Part shown: positions 46,601 to 55,305 of the stretch, piece by piece
Layout: every line of letters begins with the position of its first letter
Position numbering within the stretch: the first letter of the stretch is position 1
Source: a virus
Taxonomy: Duplodnaviria > Caudoviricetes
Length of the DNA: 64,000 bases
IMG/VR virus record: IMGVR_UViG_3300024331_000207
Coordinates: 33,653-97,652 of that record
Strand: one strand, 5' to 3'
Translations under genes and position numbers: made by a program
The notes under the pieces: generated by a model
What the model saw: only the letters and a program-made list of their open reading frames with translations
Told to the model about the DNA's origin: nothing
Database searches by the model: none

Positions 46601-48570
46601 TCTCGTCCGCCGTGGCGCCTGGCTCGTCAATCCAGCCCATGGCCAGGTTCACGAACAGGTTGCACTCGTCTGTCTGCGCGATGGTGCCGCTGGTCTCGTA
46701 TTCATCCTCCCCGGGCAGGGCTGCGTCCGCAGCCGCGTTGCACACGCTGGCGATCTGCTCCCGCGTGTACGGCCCTCCGCTGGCCAGCTCTGCGCGTACG
46801 CCGGCTGCCAGGCTGCGCAGAATGCGGAGCCCCTTTGCGCGCCCCGTGCGCTCCGTCCTGGCAAGCGCCGCCAGCGCGTCGGCCGCGGCTACTTCCGTCT
46901 CTCCCATTTCTTTCCCTTCAGCTGCTTTACCTCGATCGTGCGAAGGCCCGTCATGTGCAGCGGGTCCACGATGGCCTCGGCCATCGCGTACGCCTGCGAC
47001 TCGTCCTCGGCGTTCACGCAGAATGAGGGCACCATCCAGACGCTCTCACCGCGCGGGAAGCCGGGGAGGAAAATGTCCGCGCCCTGCACTTCGGCCGTTA
47101 CCTCAAACCACGGCATTTCTGCCTGCTCTCTCCTTGAGCTGATTATGACTCTCGGTAGTAACCCTAACTTTACATAGTATCCCGCCTTCATCCAGGTACT
47201 TCCTGAGCACCTGCGGCGGCGGACGGGATCACTCCCCGCCCGCCGCCGCCAGCAATCAGGCTCGCCCCTGCCCTTGCATCTGCGCCTGCGCGATGGCAAC
47301 GTGGACAGCGGCCATGCTCGTCAGCAGCGTGGCACCGCCGACGCCTTTCGCGGTCGCCGCTTCTGCCCGCACAAGCAGGTCCTCGGCTGCCTTGATGTGG
47401 TCGGCCGGGATCATGACGTACCCCTCGTACCGCCCGCTCGTTACCCTCTGGCTCACCAGAACGCTCCGATCGAGGCAGCGGCCTCCAGCAGCCGCCTGAT
47501 CAGCGGCGGCTTGCGCAGCCGCAGCTCCAGCCCGGCCAGCTCGCAGAACTTCGCCAGGTCCAGCGTGCCGGCCAGCGGGTCGCCGTAGCTGAACACCGCC
47601 GCGGGCTCCCGGTCGTACGGCCACTGCCACGGGTCGGGGCCGGGCAGCTGCTCGGCCGTGCCCTGCCCGAAGCTGTAGGTCAGCAGCCAGTAATTGCCCT
47701 GCTCGTCCCAGGCGTCCCACTGAACGGGGCGCTCCTCGCTCACCTGGACCGCCTTCACGATCCGCACCTTGCTCATGATGCCGCCGTCCCGTTGATGAGG
47801 ACGCCGCCGCCCGGCGTCTCAGTGAACGTCGCCGAGCGGGTCGTCAGGGGCGGCCGGCCCATGCGCGGCCGGCCTATATCGGCGGTCAGCCAGCCGTTGA
47901 GGAGGCCTGCCTCCTCCGGGCTCAGCTCGTAGGCCCAGGCGATCCCCTGAGCGGCCCGCTCCGGGGCGGGCAGCTCGAACCGGATGATGATCTCCTCGTC
48001 CCCGCCGATGACGCGGATCGCGTCGCCACTGGGGTCCCTGCCGTACAGCTCCTTGTACTTCCGGTGCGCCATGTCGATGGCGCTGTAAACCTCGTTCCAG
48101 TTCGCGCCGTGGTCCGCCCACACCGGGACGGCGCAGTTCCAGAACCGCTGCACCGTCTCGCTTGTCGTCCAGCTGGGCATTGCTCTCTCCCTTCCGTGCA
48201 GTAGTGCGGCGGGGCCGCGCAGTGAAAGGCCACCGCGCGGCCCCGCCAGGATCAGCGGCTAGAGCTTCCAGCCCTCGCTCTCGGGGATGAAGTCCGGGAT
48301 GTCATCCTCGCCGCCCGCCGGGTCCCCGTCCCGGGGAGCCCCGCCGCCCAGCGCGTCGAGCGCCTCGCCCATGGCGGCCGCCATCGACAGCATCGTGCCG
48401 ACCTGGTCCACCAGCGCGTGCAGCTTCTCGCGCGCCTCCGCCGGAGACGGCATCGCCGAGGTGTCGAACGCGCCGCTCGCGACGGCGGCCTCCCACACCG
48501 TGTCTTCCAGCACCAGCGTGTGCGCCATCAGGGCGATGATCTCCAGCTGCTTTGCGTCAATTCCGAACAT
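43632..48570 (-). other. Run of small leftward hypothetical genes
   Basis: 43632-43964, 43961-44323, 44320-44505, 44502-44828, 45018-45239, 45239-45547, 45547-45762, 45759-45953, 45938-46225, 46222-46548, 46545-46907, 46889-47116, 47453-47776, 47773-48180, 48259-48570. Confidence 0.6.
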
Positions 48571-48663
48571 GTGCTCTCCTCTGCCTTCCGCCGACTGTCT
48601 GCCGTGCGGCCGTGAGCGGGGACGGCCCGTAAAAGCCGCCCCCGGACATGGCTGCGCGCCTTG

Positions 48664-49980
48664 CTAGCTCCAGTCCCGGCTGTACCAGGTCTGCCCGGCC
48701 CACTCGAACGACTCGCGGCCGGCCTTGAGGGACTCGGCCGCCTTGTCCCAGTCGACGAGATTCAGCGGCCACTCCTCCAGGTCCACGCCGCACCCCTCCT
48801 CGTCCAGGTCCTCGCGGAACTGGTCCCGGGCGTAGGCAGCGGTGAACTGGTCGCCGCGGACCACCTCATCGCCGCCCTCCCAGTCCTCGGTGATGCCATC
48901 GCCCAGCTCGTCCAGCTCGCGCAGCGCGGCCAGCTCCGGCGGGGGATCGCCCGTCTCCACCTGCACCGCCTCCACCCGGCGCGGGTCGTAGTCGTTGTCC
49001 TCGATCCAGGACTCCGCCTCGGTCTTGTCCGCGAAGTCCTGCTTCAGCACCTCGGCGTTGCGGACCCGCCTGGCCGCCCAGGTGAGCAGGCCCCCGGTCA
49101 GGGACTCGATCTCGCCGCGCACCTCGTCGCCGCGGAACGAGGTGCGCTTGGCCAGCTCCGCGCAGGCGGCCGCCAGCGGGTCCGCCTCTGCCGGCTTCCC
49201 CGTCGGCCTGCCGTCAGCGTCCAGCCGGGTCACCGACGGGCTGGACATGTCGAGGTAGTGGGTGTAGCCCGGCCCGATGGCGTACACTTCCCGCCTGCCG
49301 CCCGCCCCGCCCGGTGACCTCGATTTCAGCCTCGCGCGGAAGCTGACCTCGATCACCGTCCCCGCCGCCTGCCGCCCGCGCGGGGTGGCGAGGCCCGCCG
49401 GGAGGTACAGGTAGTGCAGCTTCCCGTTGTCCTCCGCCACCAGCGCCGTGCTGTTGACGTTGCGGTCGCTGATCACGCGGCCGGTGAACTTGACAGTCAC
49501 CGTGTCGCCCTCGGCGTAGCCCGCCGCCGCGCCGGACCTGGTGGAGTAGGTGCCGGTTTCGCGGGAGACCACCGTGCCGGCGAACGAGACGTCCAGCTTC
49601 GTGCCGTCCGGCACCCTGCCGGCCGCCGCCGTGCCGCCCGGCGTGTCCGCGAGCTGCACGTAGTCGCTGCCCGGATTCAGGTACTGCACCCCGTAGTAGC
49701 CGTCGGCCCGCACCGGCTGCGCGCCGGACAGCAGCGCGTCCGGCCGCCCGGTCACCTTCCCGGCGAGCCTCACCCGCACGGTGGCGCCGCGCTCGGGCTG
49801 CCGGGTGAAGGCGAACGCGTTGGCCAGCACCGCCCGGCGTCCCTCCTGGTTACTGAGGGCCAGCAAGTGGGTGCGGCCGTCCGGGCCGCGCACCTTGCTG
49901 GTGAAGTCGCGGCTGCCGCCCGCCGTGATCACCGTGCCGGTGAACTCGGCGCGCACCAGCGCGCCTTGATCGAATGCCAT
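48664..49980 (-). CDS. Protein with about five N-terminal beta-repeats and an acidic ArdA-like C-terminal domain
   Basis: G.xV.V.F.G.V repeats; C-terminus ELAALRELD...WPLNLVDWDKAAESL...GQTWY. Confidence 0.6.
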   Translation of the reverse strand: MAFDQGALVRAEFTGTVITAGGSRDFTSKVRGPDGRTHLLALSNQEGRRAVLANAFAFTRQPERGATVRVRLAGKVTGRPDALLSGAQPVRADGYYGVQYLNPGSDYVQLADTPGGTAAAGRVPDGTKLDVSFAGTVVSRETGTYSTRSGAAAGYAEGDTVTVKFTGRVISDRNVNSTALVAEDNGKLHYLYLPAGLATPRGRQAAGTVIEVSFRARLKSRSPGGAGGRREVYAIGPGYTHYLDMSSPSVTRLDADGRPTGKPAEADPLAAACAELAKRTSFRGDEVRGEIESLTGGLLTWAARRVRNAEVLKQDFADKTEAESWIEDNDYDPRRVEAVQVETGDPPPELAALRELDELGDGITEDWEGGDEVVRGDQFTAAYARDQFREDLDEEGCGVDLEEWPLNLVDWDKAAESLKAGRESFEWAGQTWYSRDWS

Positions 49981-50064
49981 GTCCCCTCCTTCTGGGGCTG
50001 TCACTTCCAGGCTGAGCGCCTGCGGCCGCGAGCGGAGGTGTCCCCCGCCCGCGGCCGCCAGTGC

Positions 50065-51555
50065 TCAGGCTCCCGGCTCCTTGTCCGCCTCCGGCAGCTG
50101 GCCGGCCAGCTGCGCGGTCTTGCCGGCCAGCCGGAACATGGCCACCTTGCTGGCCGGGTTCACGGTCACGCCGGCCTCGTTGTCGCGCGGGTCGAAGTCC
50201 AGCCCCGCGGCCGGCCCCACCGCGTACACGCGCGGCATCAGCCGCCGCGCCAGGGCCACGCCCGGCCCGGGACGGAACCTGCTGCCGGTGGTCAGCACCT
50301 GGCCCTCGCCGCCGGCCAGCGGCGGCAGGGTCATGCCGGTGCAGAGCACGGCGTGGGTGTAGGCCCGGCCGTTCACGTACACCTCATCGCCCGCCCGCGT
50401 CACGGCGCCGCGCTCGGCGATCACCGTGATGTCGTGGTAGCGGTCGGACCGGTAGCGGACGGTGTTGACCTCATCGCCTTCCGAGCCGCTGTCGTAGTAC
50501 TCGAACTCGTCGGTGATCACGGTCGGCAGGTAGGACGACAGCCGCTGGTAGCGGCCGCGCTGCGTCATCCGCCAGGCGAGGGCGTCGGCCGGCAGCCCCG
50601 GCGCGTACCAGTCGATGCGCGGGTAGCCGTCCAGCATGGCGCTGCGCATCGCCGCCTGCGGGCCGATGCCCATCAGCGCCTCCGCCGCGCACCGGGCGCT
50701 GTCGCCGCTGCCGACCAGGGCCACCCGGTCCATGCCGCGGAACGGGAAGTCGCCGTCCATCAGGGCCATCAGCTGGCCGAACGTCAGCACCCTCTCCCCG
50801 TCGGCCGGCCGCTGGCCGCCCGCCGGGGACAGGCCGTTCTCATCGCCCATGCCGCGCGCGTCGATGCCGCGCGCGCACTCCACAGGGCTGGTGAACTCGC
50901 CGTCGCCCGCCTCGCACTGCAGCCGCGGCCGGTCGCCGGCCACGATCCCGGTGACCGTCAGCTCTGGGACCACCAGCGCGTACTGCGCCAGCGCCACCCG
51001 GATGGCGAACGCCATCTGCGCGTTGTCGGTGAACTCGCCGGCGCCCGTCATCGACGGCTGTAGGATCGCGCCGGGGATGAAGTTCAGCGCCCCGCCGTCC
51101 AGCGGCAGCCCCGGCCGCCCCGGCCGGTTCTCGCTGTTGAGCCAGAACGACGGCGCGGCCGACATCCGGAACGCCCCGCCGATCCGCGCCGCGGCCGCCC
51201 GGTCGATCACGTACGGCGGGGGGAACCCCGCCCGCACGCGAGCCGCCGCGTACACCGCCGCGTGATAGCCGGCGCCGATCGCGACCTCCGCGTCAGCCGG
51301 CACCGCGTGCCGCTCGCGGTCGGCATAGGACAGCATCGTGCGCCCCTGCCAGTGCGCGGTGATCGCCGCGTCCAGGATGTCCCTGGCCTCCGGCACCATC
51401 GCCACGCCGGCCAGCCGCATCGCCGCCCGCGAGGGAAACTCGCCCGCCCGCCTGCTCACTGCCCTGATGCCGGCACCCGCCCGCTGGCGGTCGGCGATGT
51501 CATCGACGACCCTGTCCAGCCACGGCGGCACCAGCGCGTCGTCTGCTGCTACCAT
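50065..51555 (-). CDS. FAD/NAD(P)-binding oxidoreductase-like protein
   Basis: AIGAGYHA, VALVGSGDSA, VLCTG, VYAVG: two Rossmann motifs as in flavin monooxygenases. Confidence 0.65.
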   Translation of the reverse strand: MVAADDALVPPWLDRVVDDIADRQRAGAGIRAVSRRAGEFPSRAAMRLAGVAMVPEARDILDAAITAHWQGRTMLSYADRERHAVPADAEVAIGAGYHAAVYAAARVRAGFPPPYVIDRAAAARIGGAFRMSAAPSFWLNSENRPGRPGLPLDGGALNFIPGAILQPSMTGAGEFTDNAQMAFAIRVALAQYALVVPELTVTGIVAGDRPRLQCEAGDGEFTSPVECARGIDARGMGDENGLSPAGGQRPADGERVLTFGQLMALMDGDFPFRGMDRVALVGSGDSARCAAEALMGIGPQAAMRSAMLDGYPRIDWYAPGLPADALAWRMTQRGRYQRLSSYLPTVITDEFEYYDSGSEGDEVNTVRYRSDRYHDITVIAERGAVTRAGDEVYVNGRAYTHAVLCTGMTLPPLAGGEGQVLTTGSRFRPGPGVALARRLMPRVYAVGPAAGLDFDPRDNEAGVTVNPASKVAMFRLAGKTAQLAGQLPEADKEPGA

Positions 51556-51676
51556 TCCATTTGCCTCTCTACGGTTGCCCACCTGGTGTGAGGTTGTGCG
51601 CTGCCACTGCAGCGCACACGGACGGCCCCGGGGATCGCTTCTCCCCGGGGCCGTCCGTGTGCGGTCAGGTGCGCGG

Positions 51677-52195
51677 CTACTCCGGGCCGATCCACCTCCG
51701 GCCCGCCCAGCTGATCTTGTCCCGGTACTCGACCAGCGAGTCCCGGGCCGCGTCCCAGTCGATGTAGCAGAACGGGCTGTCATCCCAGTCGGGCACGCAG
51801 CCGTAGCTCATGTCCTCCTCGTACTGCTCCTGGGCCCACCGCCTGGTGGCCCGGTCCTCCCGGAGGATGGAGCAGCCGTCCCCCCAGCCGCCGATCTGCT
51901 CGCTGGCCAGCGTGTCCAGCTCGCGCAGCGCCGTCAGCTCGGGCGGGTCCTCCTGCCCGAGCGACACGTCACCTCCCGGCGTGTAGAGGTTGTCCTCCGC
52001 CCACGCCTCCGCGTCGCCCTCGTCAGCGAAGCCGGAGGCCAGCACCCGCCCGTCGCGGATGCGCGTCACCCGCCACTCCGCCTCCCCCTCCAGCTCTCCG
52101 ATCCGGTCGGCCACCCAGTCGTCGCTGAACTCCTCATGGGAGGCGGCCAGCTCCGCGCGGGCCGCCTCGACGTCATCGTCCGTCACCACTGCCAT
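51677..52195 (-). CDS. Acidic ArdA-like protein, paralogue of the 48664 C-terminal domain
   Basis: DPPELTALRELD...PFCYIDWDAARDSL...WAGRRW. Confidence 0.6.
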   Translation of the reverse strand: MAVVTDDDVEAARAELAASHEEFSDDWVADRIGELEGEAEWRVTRIRDGRVLASGFADEGDAEAWAEDNLYTPGGDVSLGQEDPPELTALRELDTLASEQIGGWGDGCSILREDRATRRWAQEQYEEDMSYGCVPDWDDSPFCYIDWDAARDSLVEYRDKISWAGRRWIGPE

Positions 52196-52295
52196 TGCCC
52201 TGCCCTCCTTGTCTCGCGTGCCGCCATCTGCAGCGCACGCGGCCCGCTGCGGGAGCGATGAGTCCCGCAGCGGGCCGTGCACGGTCAGGTGAGTG

Positions 52296-53936
52296 CTACT
52301 CCTTCTTGCCGTCGAACGACACCGCGGCGTTGTGCAGCACGCCGTGCAGGTCGTCCTCGTCGCCGGTGATGGACACCACGCGGCCGGGGGTGGCCGCCAG
52401 GAACTCCCTGACAGCGTGCTGGACCGCCGCGCCGAACGCCTGGTCCAGCTCGGGCCGCCCGTCCTGGGCGTGCTCGGCCCCCGCCATCAGCCTGATGTGG
52501 TCGGCCATGCCGCGCGCCGCGTCCACCAGGTCGGCGGTGGTGATGACGCCCGGCTGGCCCTCGTTACGGGCCAGGCTGTAGCGGATCGCCCGCTGCGTCG
52601 CCTCCTTGGCGAACGCCGGCAGGAACCCGGCCATCGCCTCCGCCACGACGCCGAGGTCCACCGCGGGGTCCAGCAGGCGCTCGGGCACCAGCGCCCGCAC
52701 CAGCCGCTGGTAACCCGGAGCGTCCAGCTCGGCGATGTGGATCACCGCGTCCAGCCGCCCCGGCCGGATGACGTTGCGGTCCAGGACGTCGGCGTAGTTG
52801 GTGGTGAAGACCACCATCACGTCCGCGCCCTTGGCCTGCACGCCGTCCAGCTCGTCCAGCACCTTGGTGATCTGCTCCCGGCTGCTGGTCTCCGAGGAGA
52901 CCATCGTGTCCAGGTCCTCGATCATCACCACGGCCGGGGAGTACATCCGCGCCGTGTGCAGCGCCTCGATGGGGTCATCCTGCGCCCGCACCGCGATGTA
53001 CGTCCAGCCGTTCTCGGTGGCCAGCCGGCCTGCCAGCCCGCCGGCCATCGTCTTGCCGGTGCCGTTCGGGCCCTCCAGCAGGACGGCCCGCTTCAGCTCC
53101 ACGCCGGTGGCCCGCAGCGCGTCGGTGTACTTCAGCGGCGCCCAGAGGTTGACCTCCAGCTGCCGCTCCACCGCCTCGGTGTAGATCACCCGCGCCGGGT
53201 CCACCCCGGCCAGGTCCACGAAGCCCGGCTCGCTGCCGTGCGCCGTGATGGCCTTCCCGCGGTAGATGCTGCGCTCGGCCAGCTCGCGCTCCACCACCGA
53301 GAAGAACCCCTCGATGCGCTTCTGGTGCTTCTTGGGCGCATCCACCGAGATCTTCCCGACGTAGCCGAACTCCGCCCTCTTGCCCGACGTGATGGTGAAC
53401 GTCGCGTCCAGCAGCGAGAACTCCACCTGTCCCCACGGGACCTGCAGCGTCTCGCCGTGCGGGCCGACGGTCACCGTCTGGTACTCCGGCGGCCTGACGC
53501 CGAAGAACGAGAACTGCGCCCGCCCGATGCCGCCCACGCCGAACACGTGCCGCATCGCGCGGTCGAACGCCGCCGCCACGTCCCACGGCCGGTAGGTGAA
53601 CTCCCTGGTGAACGCGAAGTGCGTGTCCTGCGCCTCCTCGTAGTCCTCCAGGAACTGGCGCACCTCCGTCAGGTTGCCCTCCATGTCCGCGGGCAGGATG
53701 ATCCGCGTGCCCTCGAACCGGATGGAGCTGTCGGTGATGCTGCCCCCCGCCAGCTCGTCGAGCGTGGCGAGGATCGCGTCCCGGCGCTGCTCCTCCGGCG
53801 TCTTCGGGCGCGCGGCCTTGGCGATCTCCGCCTGGATGCCGTCGGACATCACCGGGGTGAGGAAGCCTGCCAGCTCCCTGGCCCCTTCCGACTTCGCCAT
53901 GTCGCGGTTCTGCTCGCCCCTGGTCTTGCCTGCCAT
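52296..53936 (-). CDS. AAA+ ATPase (546 aa)
   Basis: Walker A GPNGTGKT, Walker B VVMIED, sensor TTN, SRH RPGRLD. Confidence 0.92.
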   Translation of the reverse strand: MAGKTRGEQNRDMAKSEGARELAGFLTPVMSDGIQAEIAKAARPKTPEEQRRDAILATLDELAGGSITDSSIRFEGTRIILPADMEGNLTEVRQFLEDYEEAQDTHFAFTREFTYRPWDVAAAFDRAMRHVFGVGGIGRAQFSFFGVRPPEYQTVTVGPHGETLQVPWGQVEFSLLDATFTITSGKRAEFGYVGKISVDAPKKHQKRIEGFFSVVERELAERSIYRGKAITAHGSEPGFVDLAGVDPARVIYTEAVERQLEVNLWAPLKYTDALRATGVELKRAVLLEGPNGTGKTMAGGLAGRLATENGWTYIAVRAQDDPIEALHTARMYSPAVVMIEDLDTMVSSETSSREQITKVLDELDGVQAKGADVMVVFTTNYADVLDRNVIRPGRLDAVIHIAELDAPGYQRLVRALVPERLLDPAVDLGVVAEAMAGFLPAFAKEATQRAIRYSLARNEGQPGVITTADLVDAARGMADHIRLMAGAEHAQDGRPELDQAFGAAVQHAVREFLAATPGRVVSITGDEDDLHGVLHNAAVSFDGKKE

Positions 53937-54083
53937 GATTCCTCCTTCCGTGTGCTGCTACCTGCAGCGCACGCGTACGGGAACGGGGCATTATCCCCGC
54001 GCCCGCGCGCGTGCGCTCCGTGCGCTGACCGCACGCGGCCGGCCCCGGAGGGGGGCATGCCCTCCGGGGCCGGCCGCGTGCGG

Positions 54084-54704
54084 TCAGATCTCGCGGGCCG
54101 GCGTCCACCGCTCCTCGGCCTGCACCCACAGGCTGGTGACCAGCTCGCCGACGCCGGCCGCCTGCGGGAACGCGGCCAGGATCGCGTCGCGGCGCGGGTC
54201 GCTGGCGACCTCGGTCAGCTTCGCCCGTATCTCGTCGTAGCCGACCTCGCCGTCCAGCGTGAAGACCACCGTGCCGATCCCGGCGACCTGCGCGTCCACG
54301 TGCGTCACCATGGCCGGCAGCGGCAGGCCCAGCGCGGCCAGCGCCTCGCGGACCATCGGCAGCCGCGCACGGCTGCGGTCGGCGATCTGGTTCAGCACCG
54401 CGTACACGCCCCGGCGCTGACGCTGCAGCGCTTCCGCGTCGTGCGCGGCCAGCGCCTGCTCGGTGAACAGGGACCGGTCCAGGCCCTGCGGCCCGTACTG
54501 CTCGTCCGGCACGTCCGGGATCTCGTACCCGGCCCCGGACGTGTCCGGGGCGAACCGGGAGGGAAGCCCCGCCCTGGCCGCGTAGTCGCTCATGGCGCTG
54601 CTGGTCAGGTCGGCGGCCCGGCCCAGCTTCGCCAGCTCCTGCAGCGCGAGCCGCCGGAACGCGGCCAGCTGCTGCGCCGGGGTCTCTGCTGTTGGCTGTG
54701 ACAT
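54084..54704 (-). CDS. Hypothetical protein
   Basis: GGAGAG RBS; 206 aa. Confidence 0.65.
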   Translation of the reverse strand: MSQPTAETPAQQLAAFRRLALQELAKLGRAADLTSSAMSDYAARAGLPSRFAPDTSGAGYEIPDVPDEQYGPQGLDRSLFTEQALAAHDAEALQRQRRGVYAVLNQIADRSRARLPMVREALAALGLPLPAMVTHVDAQVAGIGTVVFTLDGEVGYDEIRAKLTEVASDPRRDAILAAFPQAAGVGELVTSLWVQAEERWTPAREI

Positions 54705-54803
54705 ACTGCTCTCCTTCGCTTGCTATGGAGCGCCTTGCTCCGCACCGCGCGCGCCCCGTGGGGGGCTGCTCGCGCGCGATGCGCAACAGCGGTGCTGCCC
54801 GCG

Positions 54804-55277
54804 TCAGTCGTCAAACCTGAAACCCGCGTAGATGAGCCCGGCGCCCAGGGCGAACACCCCGGCGATGATCGTCACCGCGTCCACCGCGATCAGCACCGGC
54901 GGGATGACCTGGCCGGGGCTGAACATCTGCGCGATAGTGACGGCGGGGACCGCGGCAAGCAGCGCCCCCGCCAGCGCCCCGATGACGCCGAGCGCCACGC
55001 CGTGGTCCTCGCGCAGTCCTGCGATCACGCCCCGCCGCCGCGGCGCGGGCGCCGGGGTCAGGTCCGCGCGACGGGGCAGGTCGCGGACAGCGTCCTGCAG
55101 CTCGTCGGCGTAGCGCGCGCGAAGGATCGCCTCGCGCCGCACCGCCGCCTCGTCCTCATCCAGGTAGCCGGCCGCGTACGCCAGGCCGATGTGGTCCGCG
55201 TGCGCCTCCTTCTCCGGCATCCCGGCCCTCATGCGCAGCGAGCGGTCCTGCCCCGTGCGCCCCGTGCCCCTCTCCAT
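54804..55277 (-). CDS. DUF1707 (SHOCT-like) membrane protein
   Basis: MRAG..EKE...AYAAGYLDEDE...R...ARY.DEL....DLP plus 2 TM. Confidence 0.75.
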   Translation of the reverse strand: MERGTGRTGQDRSLRMRAGMPEKEAHADHIGLAYAAGYLDEDEAAVRREAILRARYADELQDAVRDLPRRADLTPAPAPRRRGVIAGLREDHGVALGVIGALAGALLAAVPAVTIAQMFSPGQVIPPVLIAVDAVTIIAGVFALGAGLIYAGFRFDD

Positions 55278-55305
55278 GCCCTGCCTCCTTCTCTCCCCTG
55301 CCCTG

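Noticed and set aside
52293-54701. 802-aa plus-strand ORF and similar long ORFs (40541-42313, 49414-51063, 34360-35565, 9349-10374)
   Set aside because: Antisense shadows of genuine minus-strand genes in high-GC DNA; no motifs or RBS.
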